From Callorhinchus milii (lineage: Eukaryota), in NCBI RefSeq assembly GCF_018977255.1, contig NW_024704742.1, positions 67,334,001 through 67,398,000 of the forward strand: a stretch of DNA of 64,000 bases, given 5' to 3'. The notes under the pieces were generated by a model that ran no database searches, was not told the DNA's origin, and saw only the letters and a list, made by a program, of their open reading frames with translations. The stretch's first letter is position 1; every line of letters starts with the position of its first letter. A program made the translations under genes and the position numbers. This document shows positions 37,946 through 51,350 of the stretch, in pieces.

Positions 37946-38399
37946 GACCCTACCTCAAAAAGGCTTTGTGTAAGTGCAAATTGTTGAGAATTTTAGGCTC
38001 AAGTAACCTGCCAAACTGCACAGATCTGGTCATTCAAGTTATACAAAGACCGCACACTGCGTGACCTTGAAAGTGACCCAGAAATTGGATTAATTTGGCA
38101 GCCTTGCTCAGCCTTGAGCTCAATGCTGATTACCACTATTTGAAAAGAGAATCAAGCAGCAACCTTTTTCCTGGAGATTGTCCATTATAAACCTCCAGGT
38201 TTGATTGGTTCTGGTGAATAAAACAGGGCGCAAGCTAACAATTGGCAAATGTGAACAATGCTCCAGATACACTATAAGTGATTCCATTAATCTATTTTCA
38301 GATCTTTTTTTCTGCATCCAACACACAGATGTTGACTTTAATTCCATTTCGGACATGTTAGTACTGAATTCCAGCCAGGCTCCCCCGGCTCCCTGTCAG

Positions 38400-39720
38400 C
38401 GAATGAATTGATTTCAACATCCTCACTCTCGTCTTCAAATCCCTTCATATCCTGGCACCTCCCTACCTCTCTGACCTCTTTATTCCCCAACCCACTATCC
38501 ACTGCCTCCACTCAACTGGCTCCAGCCTCCAGTTTGTCCCTCGTGCCCTCTGTTCCATCATTGGTGGCCGCGCTTTTATGCCCTGAAACTCTGGAACACT
38601 CTTTCTCTATCCTTCCACCTTGCCCTCTCTTCCCCCATCTTCAGGTCGTAGCTGAAGACCTTCCTCTTCAACCGTGCCTACAGTCACTTCCCCCTCTACC
38701 CGGCTCAGCGTCAGGCGTCAGCGTCAGTCACTGTCAAGCGCTATGGGACCCTACCCTGTGTGAGGGGCGCTATATAAATGCAAGATGTTTAATTTAATTC
38801 ATGTGCAATGTGACAGCAGTCATGCACTTAATTCTTTCATTGTGTTTTGCTGCAGAGCTGTTTGTTGAGGCATTAAAGTAGGGGTGGTCATTTACCCATT
38901 TCTTCATGCTCTTCACAAACACACAGCCTCTGCATTTTACAGTGAATCCTGCACAGCGCATTGAGAGGTCCTCCCAACGTAAAAGGAACTACACCAAATA
39001 TAAGGATTATTATCATGACTTATCAGAAAAACAGCCTGAGTTTCTTGTTCAATGATCTCAAAGCCATTCATAAAATCGTGATGAAAATGCCATGTTTATC
39101 AGCAGAATCCGTGTGAGAATTATCATTGGAACTCTTTCACGCAGGTAAACAGAAGCTCGAAATCCGTGACTTATAACAACAACAATTTGCTTTCATATAG
39201 TGCTTTTCACCTCGGGTAATGTCTTGGAGTACTTTACAAAGAAAGACTTGGACGCTGAGCAAAGAAGTGAGAGAATGGCAAGTGGGAGGTGACCGGAAGC
39301 ATGTTCAAAGAGGTAGATGTTAAGTCAGGAATTAAAGACGGATAGAAAAGAGGTGAGGCGGAAGAGTAGAGGAAGGAATTCCAGAGATTAGGAGTATAGA
39401 ATGTGAAGGGTCAGCCACCGATGGTGGTGCGGATTGGTGACGTAAGCAAGCCCAAGTTTGCTGAGTGGAGAGGCACACATAGGGAGAGATAAAGAGATGA
39501 GGGTGAGGATCTTGAAATCGACCTACTGGGAGCCACTGGAGCTAGAGGGGAGATGACCAAAGGTACAATCGAAGCACAAAGTCTTCAGCTGAGATTTGAA
39601 GGTGGGCAGAGAGGGGGTGAGACGGGAGGGATTGAGGCAAGGAGCTCCAGAGATTTGGAGCATGGCCGCCAATGTTGCAACGAAAGGGATGAGGGACGGC
39701 AGAGGACCCGAGCCAGCTGA
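38400..39720. mobile_element. Degraded L2 3' fragments (38400-38790 plus; 39175-39720 minus)
   Basis: L2 C-terminal and tail motifs. Confidence 0.65.
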
Positions 39721-39770
39721 GTGAAGTGGAAGTGTAGCGGAGTGGGTTGTGAGCAGGGGAACAGGCTTAC

Positions 39771-40124
39771 CTGGCAGCACAGTGAGGAACGCACTCCTGA
39801 AGCTGTATCCCATGGTGTTTGCTCCCAGGCAGATGTACATGCCGGCATCCTCCTCCTTGGCTCGGGATATCATCAGTTTATTTAAGTAAGAGCCATCGGG
39901 CCGGGACCACACCTCTCCGGTCGGCAGCACCACAAATTTCTGGCCACCCACATCGATGGTGGAGTTGTATTTGTTCTCACTGCCGTACTCCACTCTCTTC
40001 AGCCACTGAATGACAGGTTTGACGTCACTCCGGACCTTACACTGGAAGGAGGTCGTTCCACCGTAATCCACCGTGGTGTTCACTGGGTGGGTCCCAGTGA
40101 GGATGGGTTTAGACCTGGTTGTCT
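39771..40124 (-). CDS. FGFRL1: FGFRL1 exon, Ig-like domain 3 (354 nt, phase 1-1)
   Basis: [48 protein letters not shown]...[26 protein letters not shown]; tttcag acceptor and gtaagc donor. Confidence 0.97.
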
Positions 40125-40949
40125 CTGAAAGGTGATAAGGATTTTTAATCCACTGTTAGTTACAATAATAATAATAATGCTTGCATTTGATACAGCGCCT
40201 TATCATGCAGTTGAAATGTCTCATAGCGCTTCACGGGATATACTGTAAAGTGGATTGACTGTATTTTGTGGGCGAAACACGGCAGCTAATTGCACACAGC
40301 AATGTGCCACGCAATGTGAAGATTGTAGCTGATTTCAATTGCTTAGACTCCAGCAGTACCCCAACACACACTCTGGGGTCCCCAAACCTTGGCTCTTGCC
40401 AACCTGTGCCTGTTACATATATAAAACAAGAGTTCACAGAGGAAGGGGGTTTAAAATAATAATCCTTGCATTTGATATAGTGCCTGTTATGTCAGGAGGA
40501 TGTCTCAAAGCACATCACAGTGTTCCCTGTAAACTATAATGACTATTTTTGTAGGCAGACAGCTATATCCCACAAACAGCCAGGAGCAGTTTATTAGGGG
40601 ATTGTTGGCCAGGACACTGGGAGAAATTGAAGGGGCTTCATTGTAACATCTCAGTTGAAGTACCGCACCTCTGATGGAGCAGTGCCAGCCTAGCCCATAA
40701 TCTCAAAGTTCCAACATGGGGCTCAATCCCACAACCTTCTCATTTGGGGGCGAGAGTGCTACCAAGTGAATCATGCTGAGACCTAATGTCAACTCATGAG
40801 GTGAAATTGCCAAAGAGGGTTGTATATAGAGAGTCCTGCATGTATCTGCCTTGGGTCTCTCTGGATCTCTGCTCGAGGACCCAGTTTTGGGGTCACTGGT
40901 GCCTGTTCGGAGAATGTCACCCGGCAAAAATGTGCCCTCTATATAATGG

Positions 40950-41430
40950 TATATAATAATCCTTGCATTTGATTTAGCACCTTATCTCGTCATTAAGACA
41001 TCTCAAAGCGCTTCACAGAATATACTGTAAATAATAATAATAATAATAATCCTTGCATTTGATATAGCGCTTTTCACGTCGGGAGGACGTCCCAAAGCGC
41101 TTCACAGAACACACTGTAAAGTGAATTGACTGTATATTTGTGGGCGAAACGCGGCAGCCAATTGCGCACAGCAATAAGTGAATTGACTGTATTTTGTGGG
41201 TGAAACGCACACATACAGTCGGGAATTGAGTGACCATTTCTTTTTAAGGGATTATTACTCCCAGAACTCGATCTTCCATTTGACTAACAACCAGGTTCCG
41301 AATTACTGCTAGGTAAACAGAGGCGTGTGGTGTTAAGGAAACTTGGCTAATGTTTCGTCCTGCCTGGGAATCAAATCCGGGTTCTCTTCCCTGCAAAGCA
41401 AATGCTCTAACCAACATGCTAAAGTATCTA
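40950..41430 (-). mobile_element. SINE family B with a younger SINE 3' fragment nested at about 41031-41174
   Basis: Host breaks at tactgtaa and resumes aagtgaattg; the insert has a different tail variant (cacgtcgggaggacgtcccaaagcgc). Confidence 0.8.
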
Positions 41431-41599
41431 CAAATTCTTTTGTGAACACTGTAAATCAGGACTCTTAGGAAAATGTTACACTGGAGTTGACTTCCTGTCA
41501 GATTTACTACAGAAAAACATCTGCATCATCAACAAGATTACTGTAAAGGATTATTTCATGTGATCCATTGGAATTGGTCACTGAAAGTAGAGCAATAGG

Positions 41600-41925
41600 A
41601 TAAACATCTGGGTCTAGATGTACTCCGTTAATGCAGTATTTCAGAGTATGCAGAATTTCATTGTTGGTGAGGTGAGGTGCATAACAGATTTCTACCCACA
41701 TTTGGATAAAAATCTCACCTGGGTCGAAAAGAACTCTGTTCATGTAGCGTTTTAGAGTTCGCGGAATTTGTTGAATTAAATTTTTTTATATTGCTCTTAA
41801 AGTAAATTTACAGAAAACTTCTTTAACAAATTAAAGACCGTGTTTTAAGAATTTGACATTCTGTATGCTCTGAAAAGTTACGTCAACAGAGTGAATCTGG
41901 ACACAGGTGGGATTTTTACCCACTC
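41600..41925. mobile_element. MITE-like element (about 41708-41920) with an extra half-copy at about 41600-41665
   Basis: TIRs related to 32935-33160: aaaaatctcacctgggtc... and ...gacacaggtgggattttt. Confidence 0.6.
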
Positions 41926-42469
41926 AGGTTGGGATTTACAGTGGAAAATGAGCCAGTCTCCTCTAGACACACGTGGGCAGAGATTTTAATCAGCCCTGTA
42001 CAGAGGCTCACACCATTTCCCAATTATCAATCCACATCAACAAAGGAGCTGTACCTAACACTGACCAGAATTTCAGCCTAATTACCTATGCCTGTGCGCC
42101 TATCTTGGTTTAGTCAGCATCTAAACCATAGATGATCCTATTACTAACAAGGCATTTTTAAAGAAATTATCACTCGTGGGGATTGAACTCAAAGAGGCAC
42201 TTTTATCCCACAACCAGAAACATTAAAAACAGATTTCTGCAGATGAAGCAATGCTTCACGTATTTGTTTCAAACCTTTGGATGATTAAAATAATATGACA
42301 GCAGGAATCTAATAAGTAATAATCATACAATGTCTTTAATTATCAAATAATATTCTGTAAAATTTACCTAAAATCCTGTAAAAAACAGCTTAACAGTGAC
42401 TGCTTGGTGAATGCTGATGAAATCGGCATTCCCTTTATTATTAATATGAAAGCTGGATTATTATGCTGG

Positions 42470-42665
42470 ATCCATCCATATCTTCAAGAGTGACATTGAT
42501 AGATTTTTGGTAGGTCAGGGTATTAAGGAATATGAGGAGAAAGTGGGAAATTGGAATTGAAAGGATTAGTTGAGATACAGATCAGCCATGATCTAATTAA
42601 ATGGCAGAACAGGCTCGGAGGGCTGAATAGCCTCCTCCTGTTCCTATATTTCTATGTTCCCATGT
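42470..42665 (+). mobile_element. CR1-type LINE 3' end
   Basis: gatagatttttg...gatcagccatgatct..ttaaatggcagaacaggctcggagggctgaatagcctcctcctgttcctat. Confidence 0.8.
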
Positions 42666-43304
42666 CCCAAAGCACAATTTATTAGTGAGAATATTGAAAT
42701 TACTGCTGGGGATTTCCTAGGGGTTGGTAGGGGATTTTCCCCAACACTTTATATGTTAACAATTGCCCTGATTACTAATCTCTAAGTCGAAAGGAGAACT
42801 AGAAGTAACTGGACGTGTTAGAGGTGAAAGTTTCCTTCTGCCATCACGATGAGAAGCACTGTCAGAGGTGACCTCAGATCCGTGCTATTACTGAAATTGC
42901 TGATGTCTCACAGGATCACACAAGAGGTTTGTTTGAAAAAGTCACTATGGCCCATTTGATCTTCCCACCTTCTTTCCATCATAGCACTAAGCTGCCTCTT
43001 GCAGTCAGTGTTTGGGGCCATGATCACCCTTCCTGTTTATCTGTTCCAGCTGCTAATTACAATACTCTCTTAATTGTAAAGACACACTTCCTGGTGCCTA
43101 TACTGTAATTTCATTTAAAATCCTGAACTGCCTTTGTCTATCTAAAAGTATTGTTCTGGGGCCACTTACACAATCCCACTCTAACTCTGAAAGCCCCCCT
43201 CACCCGAGACAGAGTTACATAGATTGATATGGCATGGAAATAAGCCGTTCATCTGAGCAAGTAGAAACTATACCCCAAAGGCTTGAGTTTCTGAAATAAC
43301 ACCT

Positions 43305-45345
43305 GTCTGTCTGTCTCAGTTAGGAACACTCTCGCCTTTCAGTCAGATGGTTGTGGGTTCAAGTCCCATGTCAGGACACTGTACTCACAGTCTACGCTGA
43401 CACTCCAATGCAGTGCTGGGGGATGTGCTGCACTGTCGGAGGTGTCGTCCTTTGGCTTGATATTAATCCAAGCTCCCATCTGCCTGTACAAGTGGATGTT
43501 AAACACCCCATGATGCTACTCAAAACGAGAAGGGAGTTTCTCCTGTTGTCCTGGCCAGCAATCCCCCAGATAAAATTGGTCATTCACTTTATGGCTGCAT
43601 GTAGAACAATTTTATATGCAAAACCGGCTGCCATGTTTGCCTACAAACACATTTTATAGTAAAATCATGTGAAATGCTTTGAGATGTTTTGACAACGTAA
43701 TAAGGCACTGTATCAAATGGAAGGATTATTATCAACACTGAAACCTCAACATGAGAAGGTCCATCTAACTGATGGACAGGGGGATATCAGATTGGATTCC
43801 TGCTCCTGATTGCTCACCTTGTTGCCTAAGGTGATGCACATTCCCTTACCCACAATCTGTCACCTCAAGGTGCATACAATAATAAAGGCCTCTTGGACAT
43901 AGCTATTATGCGACATGGGTGGAAATGTATAATAATAATCCTTGCATTTGAAATAGTGCCTAATCACGTCTTCAAGATGTCTCAAAGCGCTTCATGGAAT
44001 ATACTGTAAAGTGAATTTGACAGTGTATTTTGTGGCTGAAACGTGGCAGCCAGTTGCACACAACAATGTCCCACAAACAGCCATGGAGTGAGTGACCAAT
44101 TTTATTTGGGGGATTGTTGACTAGGACACTGGGAGAAACTCCCTCCTCTTTTCAAATAATACCATGGGATCTTCAATGTCCAGTAGAAGGAAAAAGGAGA
44201 CAAACATCTAAAAATAGGAGAGAATATAAGAGGAGAAATAAAATTCAGAAAGAGATAAATCCTCCCCATCCACCACCCACAATGGAAATTCAGAAGTGTT
44301 CATGACAAGAACACATACCTAAATTTCTCTTTCGGGCGCTGGATGACCAGATTATAATAAAATAATAATAATCCTTATTATTTGCAGCTTATCACGTGGT
44401 TGAGACTTTCAAAGCACTTAATAATTAACAGAATATACTGCAAAGTGAATTGACTGTGTACGTTGTGGGTAAAACGACCTTCACATTTCCTCTGGTCATT
44501 TCGTTTTTTTATGAGATTCATTGCAAGTTTTTTTCTCTCTTCCAAATAAATTTTTTGGAACTATCAGATGTTTTGCAATAAGTCTGCTTACAAATCATAT
44601 TTAGAAGCAACTATGTTTAAAGCACTTTGAAATTTTTTTTGGGGGGGGTTAGAATTTCCATGTGGGTCGAGATTTTCTCTATTTTCTTAGCATTTCAGAG
44701 TGTCCAAATTTAGACAACTTCTTAAATACAGTCCTTAACATAGGCTATTTTCTATCAGTTGTTTTAAGGACTCAATAATTTGCCGTATTCTTCACATTCT
44801 CTGAAATGTTAGAAAATAGTCGATCTAGACTGAGGTTGAGTTTCTCCCTCTTTGGCATTACAGATACTGTATCAAATACGAGGATTAATATTACTAAATT
44901 GCATTGTATGGGTTAAAGTTGCAAAGCTCAGTCAAAAGCAATCTCTGCTCTATGTTTCTGTGGGTTCAAGCCCCATATAAGGCATTTAAGCTTACAGGCC
45001 AGGCTGAAACTCCAGTTCAGTGCTTGGGAGGCATTGCATCGTTCGTTGTCCTTCAGATTAGAAGTTAAAATGAGGTCCTGTCTGCCTGTTCAGGTGGATG
45101 CTAAAAATCCTATGGCACTATTCAAAAAGAGAAAGGAGTTTTTTCTGGTGTCCTAGCCAGCAATCTCCAAGATAAAATAAAAGTCATTCACTTCATGGCT
45201 GTTTGTACGATGTTGCTGTGTGCAAAATTCACTGCTGTGGACTCCTGCAGTCACTATGCTCTACAGTGAATACAGTGAAGCACTTTGAGACATTTCGACA
45301 AAATGATAAAGCACTATATCAAAAGCAAGAATTATTACTATTAAT
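43305..45345. mobile_element. SINE family A copies (43305-43730 plus, 43930-44180 minus, 44955-45345 plus) and a MITE-like copy (44650-44850)
   Basis: Family motifs as above. Confidence 0.75.
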
Positions 45346-46429
45346 AGCCAGAATAATTTAATGCTCCACTTTTACTGCAGAGCTTACCTGGATTTGATGC
45401 AGTAAAACTCAGTCAGAAGCAATCTCACCTCTAACTCTTTGAAGCAAGCTATGTGGTTTTAGCTGGTTAGACTCCAGCAGTTACCCCAATGTGCACTATG
45501 ACGTCCCCAAGACTTGGCTCTAGACAACCTGCGCCTAATACCTTCTGGAATTAGGTAAGCAGGATGCATCCCTCCAGGGAGAGAGTGCACATTCCATTTC
45601 AATAATCTATCTCTGGGATTATCCCGGCTGACCCCAAAAAACATTTGATGCAGTTCTACATAGAATCGACACACAGAGGGTCGTTGGAATCTTACCAATG
45701 GGCTCGGCAGCACTTTAACTTTGTTTTATTGTAGTTGATACAAAGGATAATTTTTAAGAACAGAGTTGCATATTTATACTCTTTTATCACAGCAAAAGAT
45801 CTCAAAAGTGTTCACAAGTAATTACTGTCAAGTGGAGAGAATATTTTTCTAGGCAATCACTTGTGCCAGCAAAGTCCCACAAGCAGTCATGAGATGAATG
45901 GCCAATTAATCTGGAAGATTGTTAGTCAAGACACCAGGGGAATCTCCATTTTCTTTTCAAATAGTGCCGTGGGATCTTTACCTCATCTGAACAGGCAGAC
46001 GGGAAGGTATTATTATTATTGATTAATATAATATGATACAATACCATCTGAAAGATAGGAACTCTAACAAGGCAGCACTCCCCCAGCACTGCACTGAAAT
46101 GTCGACCGAGTCTGCGAGCTCAAATCCTGACTTAAATCCAGAGAAGTATAGAACTTTACAGGACAGAAGGCCATTCGGCCCATCGTGCCTGTGCCGGCTC
46201 TTTGAAAGAGCAGTACAGTCCCATTTACCTGTCTTTTCATTATATTCCCGCCTTTCCCAGATGCATGCCAAAAGTGCAGGCAGTGATGTCAGCTGTGACC
46301 ATTTGTGCTTCCTGTGCGCTGGATTTGTGTTGTTGTTGTTGTGAGCAAGGGCAGCACACAGGAAGTGATGTCACAGCAGCCATGTTGGCAACATGCCCTG
46401 CTGTTACTTTCTGAATTGGGTTTTATGGA

Positions 46430-47680
46430 TTGATCTCTTCTCTATCCATCACAGACAATCCATCTCAAAACACTTTCTCATCTCCCTCTCCTCTCACAAC
46501 ACCCTCCCCTCCTCCAAGCCCTCCACTGCATTTTTCGCCCATGAGTCCACCCACGACGAGTCCATCACAAAAGCTCTCTCATCCTCGGACCTTCTCTCCC
46601 TCTGAGCTTCCACCTGCAGTGATTCAGAAGCAACCATCAAGCTGCTGAGCAATCACCTCTCCTTAATTTTCAATTCCCTTGTTCCCCTGAAAACCAGGTC
46701 CATCTCCAAGCCTATCCGCTTCCCCTATTACAACAGTCATCTCCACTCCCTCAAATCCCAAACCCAGTTGCTCGAGCGCAGATGGCACAAAACCGGCTTC
46801 ACGGTTCACTGATAACTGTGGCTCGAGCATTATCTTCATACCTACCGCCTCGCCCTCTCTCAAGCCAAAACTGCCTTCTATTCACAAATCATTCTCGAGG
46901 CCAAAAAACAACTCCAAAATCCTGCTCTCCACTACCACTAAAACTCCTCCACACCCCGTTTCAAGAATCTTCGACTCTCATTTCTGATGTCAAGTGCAAA
47001 GAGGTCCTGGACTTCTTTATCTCTAAGATAGATAACAATCGCTGGCTGCCTCCTCCTTCTCCCCCACCCCCAATCCCCCTTAATCACCCTCTCCTCCTAT
47101 CACAGCTCCTATCCTACACACCTTTGCCTCCATCGTTCTATCCTCCCTTTTCCCCACCATCACCCAGAAGCCCACCATTTGCTTCCTTGATCTCCTCCCC
47201 ACCCAGCTTCTGGTTACTCAACTCCTCCTCCTCTACCCACTGCTGCTGACACAATCAACCAGTCCCTCAACTCAGACTCTATCCCACTCTCCCTCAAAAC
47301 TGCTGTCATCACTCCTCTTAAAAAAAATACCCTCAATCCCTCGTTTTGGAACGCGTTGTTGCAAATCAACCTCACTCACACCTCTCCCTCCACTCCCTAC
47401 TTAAACCCCTCCAGTACGGTTTTCGCCCTGCCCACAGCACAGAGACAGAGCTCATCAAAGTAACAAATTATGTTGTCTCTCCAGGATCTCTCTGTGGCCA
47501 GGGCTCCTTCTGCCTCCTCGTCCTCCTGGATCTCTCTACTGCGTTCGACACAGTCGACCACGCCATCCTCCTCTGCTGCCTCTCCTTCCTCATCCACCTC
47601 AGTGGGACCACACTCGCATAGTTCGAGACCTACTTAACAAATTACCAACAATACATCTCGGCAAATGGTTTTTCCTTTCG
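46430..47680 (+). mobile_element. Degraded L2 ORF2 internal fragment
   Basis: LQYGFRPAHSTETELIKVTN...LVLLDLSTAFDTVDHAILL motifs. Confidence 0.85.
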
Positions 47681-47699
47681 CCCTAGTCGCCTGCCTCTA

Positions 47700-49045
47700 G
47701 TCACTGACAATGGAAACAATCTCTGACCAGGTGATCTCTCAGAATCCTTTATCATTGTAAAGACAATCAGGACTCACTTGAACCTTCCCGTTTCATTGAA
47801 AATAAGCCCGGTTCCTCCAGTTTCTGCTCATAACCAGAAGTCCCTCAACTGCTTCTGCTCGTCCCTAGTATTGTATCATCCTAGTAAATCTCCTCCGTAG
47901 CCTTTCTATGGTCCTAACTCTCTTCCTAAAGTAGGGTGACCCAAACTGGACACTGACATTAACTGAAGCCTAACTAACAATTTGTACAAATTAAGCATCA
48001 CCACTTTTGGTTTTATATTAGGACTATAAGATTACTATAAGATTATTTTTGAAAAAAAAAGATGGCCCTTGCCTCTGAAATGGGGAAAGCAGGAAGAAAA
48101 AAGACATGATGAGAAATGAAGTGAACGTTAGAAATAAATTGAGAGAGAAAATGTCAAGAGTAGGTAGAGAAGGGGTTGAATTGGAAGGAAATAGTTACAA
48201 AGAGACACAGAAACAGAAAGGATAAAAAGATGACACAGTACAGGCAAAATGTTTTAGTGCTTTATTTCTACTTCCACTCGTACTGTCTGTATTGACATGA
48301 GTTGACCTGGTTAATATTAATCCATGCAATAATAATAATCCTTGCATTTGAGACGTCTCAAAGAGCTTCACAGAATATAATGTAAAGTGAATTGACTATA
48401 TTTTGTGGGCGAAATGCAGCAGCCAACTGCACACAGCAGTGTCCCACAAACAGTCGTGGATTGAGTGACCAAAAATTATTATTATAGTTATAGTTAATAT
48501 TATAGTAATAACACTATTTCTGATGTTTGAGCAGTTTTAGCCCTTATAACATTTGCGCTTCCATACACATGTCGAGCTATCAGTGACTCAGCTTGGGTTC
48601 GATCAGTCTCCAGAGATAATGATTCAAGGGGATCTCATAGAAATGTACAACATTTTAAATGGGATTAAAAAAGTAAACCCAGATCAATACTTTAGAATGC
48701 AACAAGACAGTAGAACAAGAGGACGCAGGTTAAGAATTGTAAAGGGCAATTTCAGGACAGATACCAGGAAGATATTTTTACTAAGAGGGCAATTAACGAC
48801 TGAAACAAATTGCCAAGAAAGGTGATAGAGGCAAGGACACTGGACTAATTTTAAAAAAAATCTTGATGCTGGATAGGGGATGGCTGGGGATTGTTCTGGA
48901 GGGATAAGATCAGATTGGATAGTTAACTGAGGAAAGGGCAGATAAATGGCTCTGAAAGGGCTTGCTGTTAAAAGAGCCAGCACATGCACGATGAGCGGTA
49001 TGACCTTTTCATGTGTTGTAAATTTCTATGGTTTTATGGTTTCTA
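47700..49045. mobile_element. CR1 fragments (47700-48010 minus; 48620-49045 plus) with a SINE tail at 48325-48480
   Basis: GDLIEMYNILNG..KV...RTRG..L.I.K..FRTD.RK.F CR1 C-terminal motif. Confidence 0.75.
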
Positions 49046-50162
49046 TTGGATGGGCTGAATGGATGGGTTCATGCGAACCGATCTTGTGATCTTGTGATGC
49101 TCTTAAGGCTGATGATGGAATTCTATGTGTGTCAGACGAAAGAGTAAATAAATAATTGTGTTGAGCTTGGCAGTGTGTGCGTTGAAAATGTTTGGAATGT
49201 AGAGGAAAATAGTGCTGTGATCTACCTGGCCAGTCTCAAAGACTGGAGTTTCCTGCTCATTTTATAATATAGGGTAATTCTGTAAAAGTGTAGTGACTGT
49301 GTGTTCTGTGGATATCTGTCCACAAAACATACAATCACTAGGCTTTACCTGCAGAGTATATCCTCTATATACCTGTATATCCTGGGATGTCCTTTCGAAA
49401 TGAAAGGCACAGAACCAAATGTAAGGATTCTTACTATTATTACAATGCCAAACATTACTATCAACATCTCCATTATGGTCGATGGTGGACTAGATGGACT
49501 AGGTCTTTTATCATCTAGACATTCCTGTGTTGCTATCTGTTTCATTGTTAAAAGGTGTGTGAGCTCAGAACGTCGCTTACAGCAAGGAGAAATGACCAAC
49601 CCAGGGGAATTAATAATTCTCTGGATTTACTTTCAGTTTAAAGACTAATCAGTACCTGAAAGGGAGATTCAGTCACATTTTAGTCAAACATTAATGCAAA
49701 TCGACCTTTGAAACATCTGGGGGAAGGGGGAGGGGAAGGATGGGAAGGTTTGCAGAGAAGGAGAAAGATACCTCCAAGCAAAGGGTCTTGGGTAATGGTG
49801 AGACAAACAGAAAGTATTTGTTTGAAGCATTTGGTTTCATAATAAAACAATTTTTAAAAAGTTGCTGAACCTGCTAGAAGCCTGGGCATGTTTTTATTAT
49901 ATAAATAAACCCACCATATTTGACAGGGATGGGGAGGGGGACTTTAGATTTTTTTTGTAGGGGAGGGAGGGGAATGGAAATTTTTCTTTACATCTCTGCT
50001 CCTGTGTTAAAGATTGAAACCACATTTAGAGTCCTGCAGACAGCTGTGCCACCTTATCGCTACCAGATGTGCTTGCGCGTTGGCCAGGGGTGACTCTTCT
50101 GAGCAGTCTGCATCTCGGCCCATGTGACTGCCTGCAACCGCCTTCCAAACCAATCATTACTC

Positions 50163-50510
50163 TAATAATAGTAATAATAATAATCCTTGCAGTTGATATA
50201 GCACCTTATTACGTCATTGAGATGGCTCAAAGCGTTTCACAGAATATACTGTCAAGTGAATTTACTGTATATTTTGTGGGCAAAACGCGGTAGCCAATTG
50301 TGCACAGCAGTGTCCCACAAACAGTCGTGGATTGAGTGACCAAATTACTTTTTTTTTGAAGGGATTATTACCCCCGGAAATCAAACTGCCAATCGGCTAA
50401 CAATTGAGTTCCTAATTACTGCTAGGTAAACAGAGACATGTGGAATAAGGAAACTTGCCTAAAATTTCGCCCTGCCCGGGAATCTAAACCAGCTCCTCTC
50501 GCTTGGAGGC
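50163..50510 (-). mobile_element. SINE family B ending about 40 nt from the Ig2 exon donor
   Basis: Family B tail, middle and partial head. Confidence 0.85.
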
Positions 50511-50551
50511 AAATTATTCTTATCCCTCCTTAAATCCAGCGCAGTACTTAC

Positions 50552-50836
50552 GGATCACTTCAACCTTGTACGTCGCATTTATCTCTCCAGCTCGGTTATA
50601 CACTCGGCAGGTGTACTTTCCACTGTCTCCTGGCTTTACGTTCTTCAGGGTCAAGGTCCATTTCTTCTTCTTGGCTTCCCCTGCGTCCTGAAGGGCCAGT
50701 GGCCTGCCGTCCTTGAGCCAGGTGATATTGGGCTGTGGGTGCCCGCCCGCGGCGCACTTCAGGCGGACAGAGCTGCCCACAGGCCGGGCTATCACCCTGC
50801 GACGCATTTTGGTGGGCTGTGTAAACCTGGGTCTGA
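50552..50836 (-). CDS. FGFRL1: FGFRL1 exon, Ig-like domain 2 (285 nt, phase 1-1)
   Basis: [28 protein letters not shown]...[25 protein letters not shown]; polypyrimidine tract with ctgtag acceptor and gtaagt donor; contains the basic KMRRR motif. Confidence 0.97.
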
Positions 50837-51039
50837 CTACAGTCACCAAAGAGAGAGAAAAAAAAGGTTCACTCTGATGGTGGTGGTGTGGAGGAGGGAG
50901 ATGTGTGGGGTAGAAAGATAAAAAGGAGTCTGCACTTGCCTGTTGAGACACTCATCCTCCAAACTTATTCAATATCCTTTTGAATTCAATCCTTACCTTG
51001 TGTTCCTTACACTCCGTCTCTCGCTACACTTTATTCAAA

Positions 51040-51350
51040 CAATAATTTTGGGATGCACCAGGACAGTAGGACAAGAGGTCTTTGGTTTAAGAGTTGAGAA
51101 GGTCAATTTCAGGACAGACACCAGGAAGCTTTTAATTAATGGATAATTAACGACTGTTCCATCTCTTTGAGCAATTAAACTTGAAATTAAGAAGACAGAT
51201 ATTTGCCAGGAAAGGTGGTTGAGACCAAGAGACAGGACTCATTTCAAAAGCAGCTTGATGCTGTGATGGGTTGATGGAAGGGAGGGTACTCTGGAAGGAT
51301 GAGATCAGATGGGCCGAAGGGCCTTCTTCATCCAACCTGATCTCATGATT
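51040..51350 (+). mobile_element. CR1 3' fragment
   Basis: caatttcaggacagacaccaggaag shared with the copy near 48750; gatgggccgaagggcct tail motif. Confidence 0.7.

Noticed and set aside
46376..46398. p53 response element (agccatgttg g caacatgccc)
   Set aside because: Three mismatches to the RRRCWWGYYY pair; expected by chance in 64 kb.
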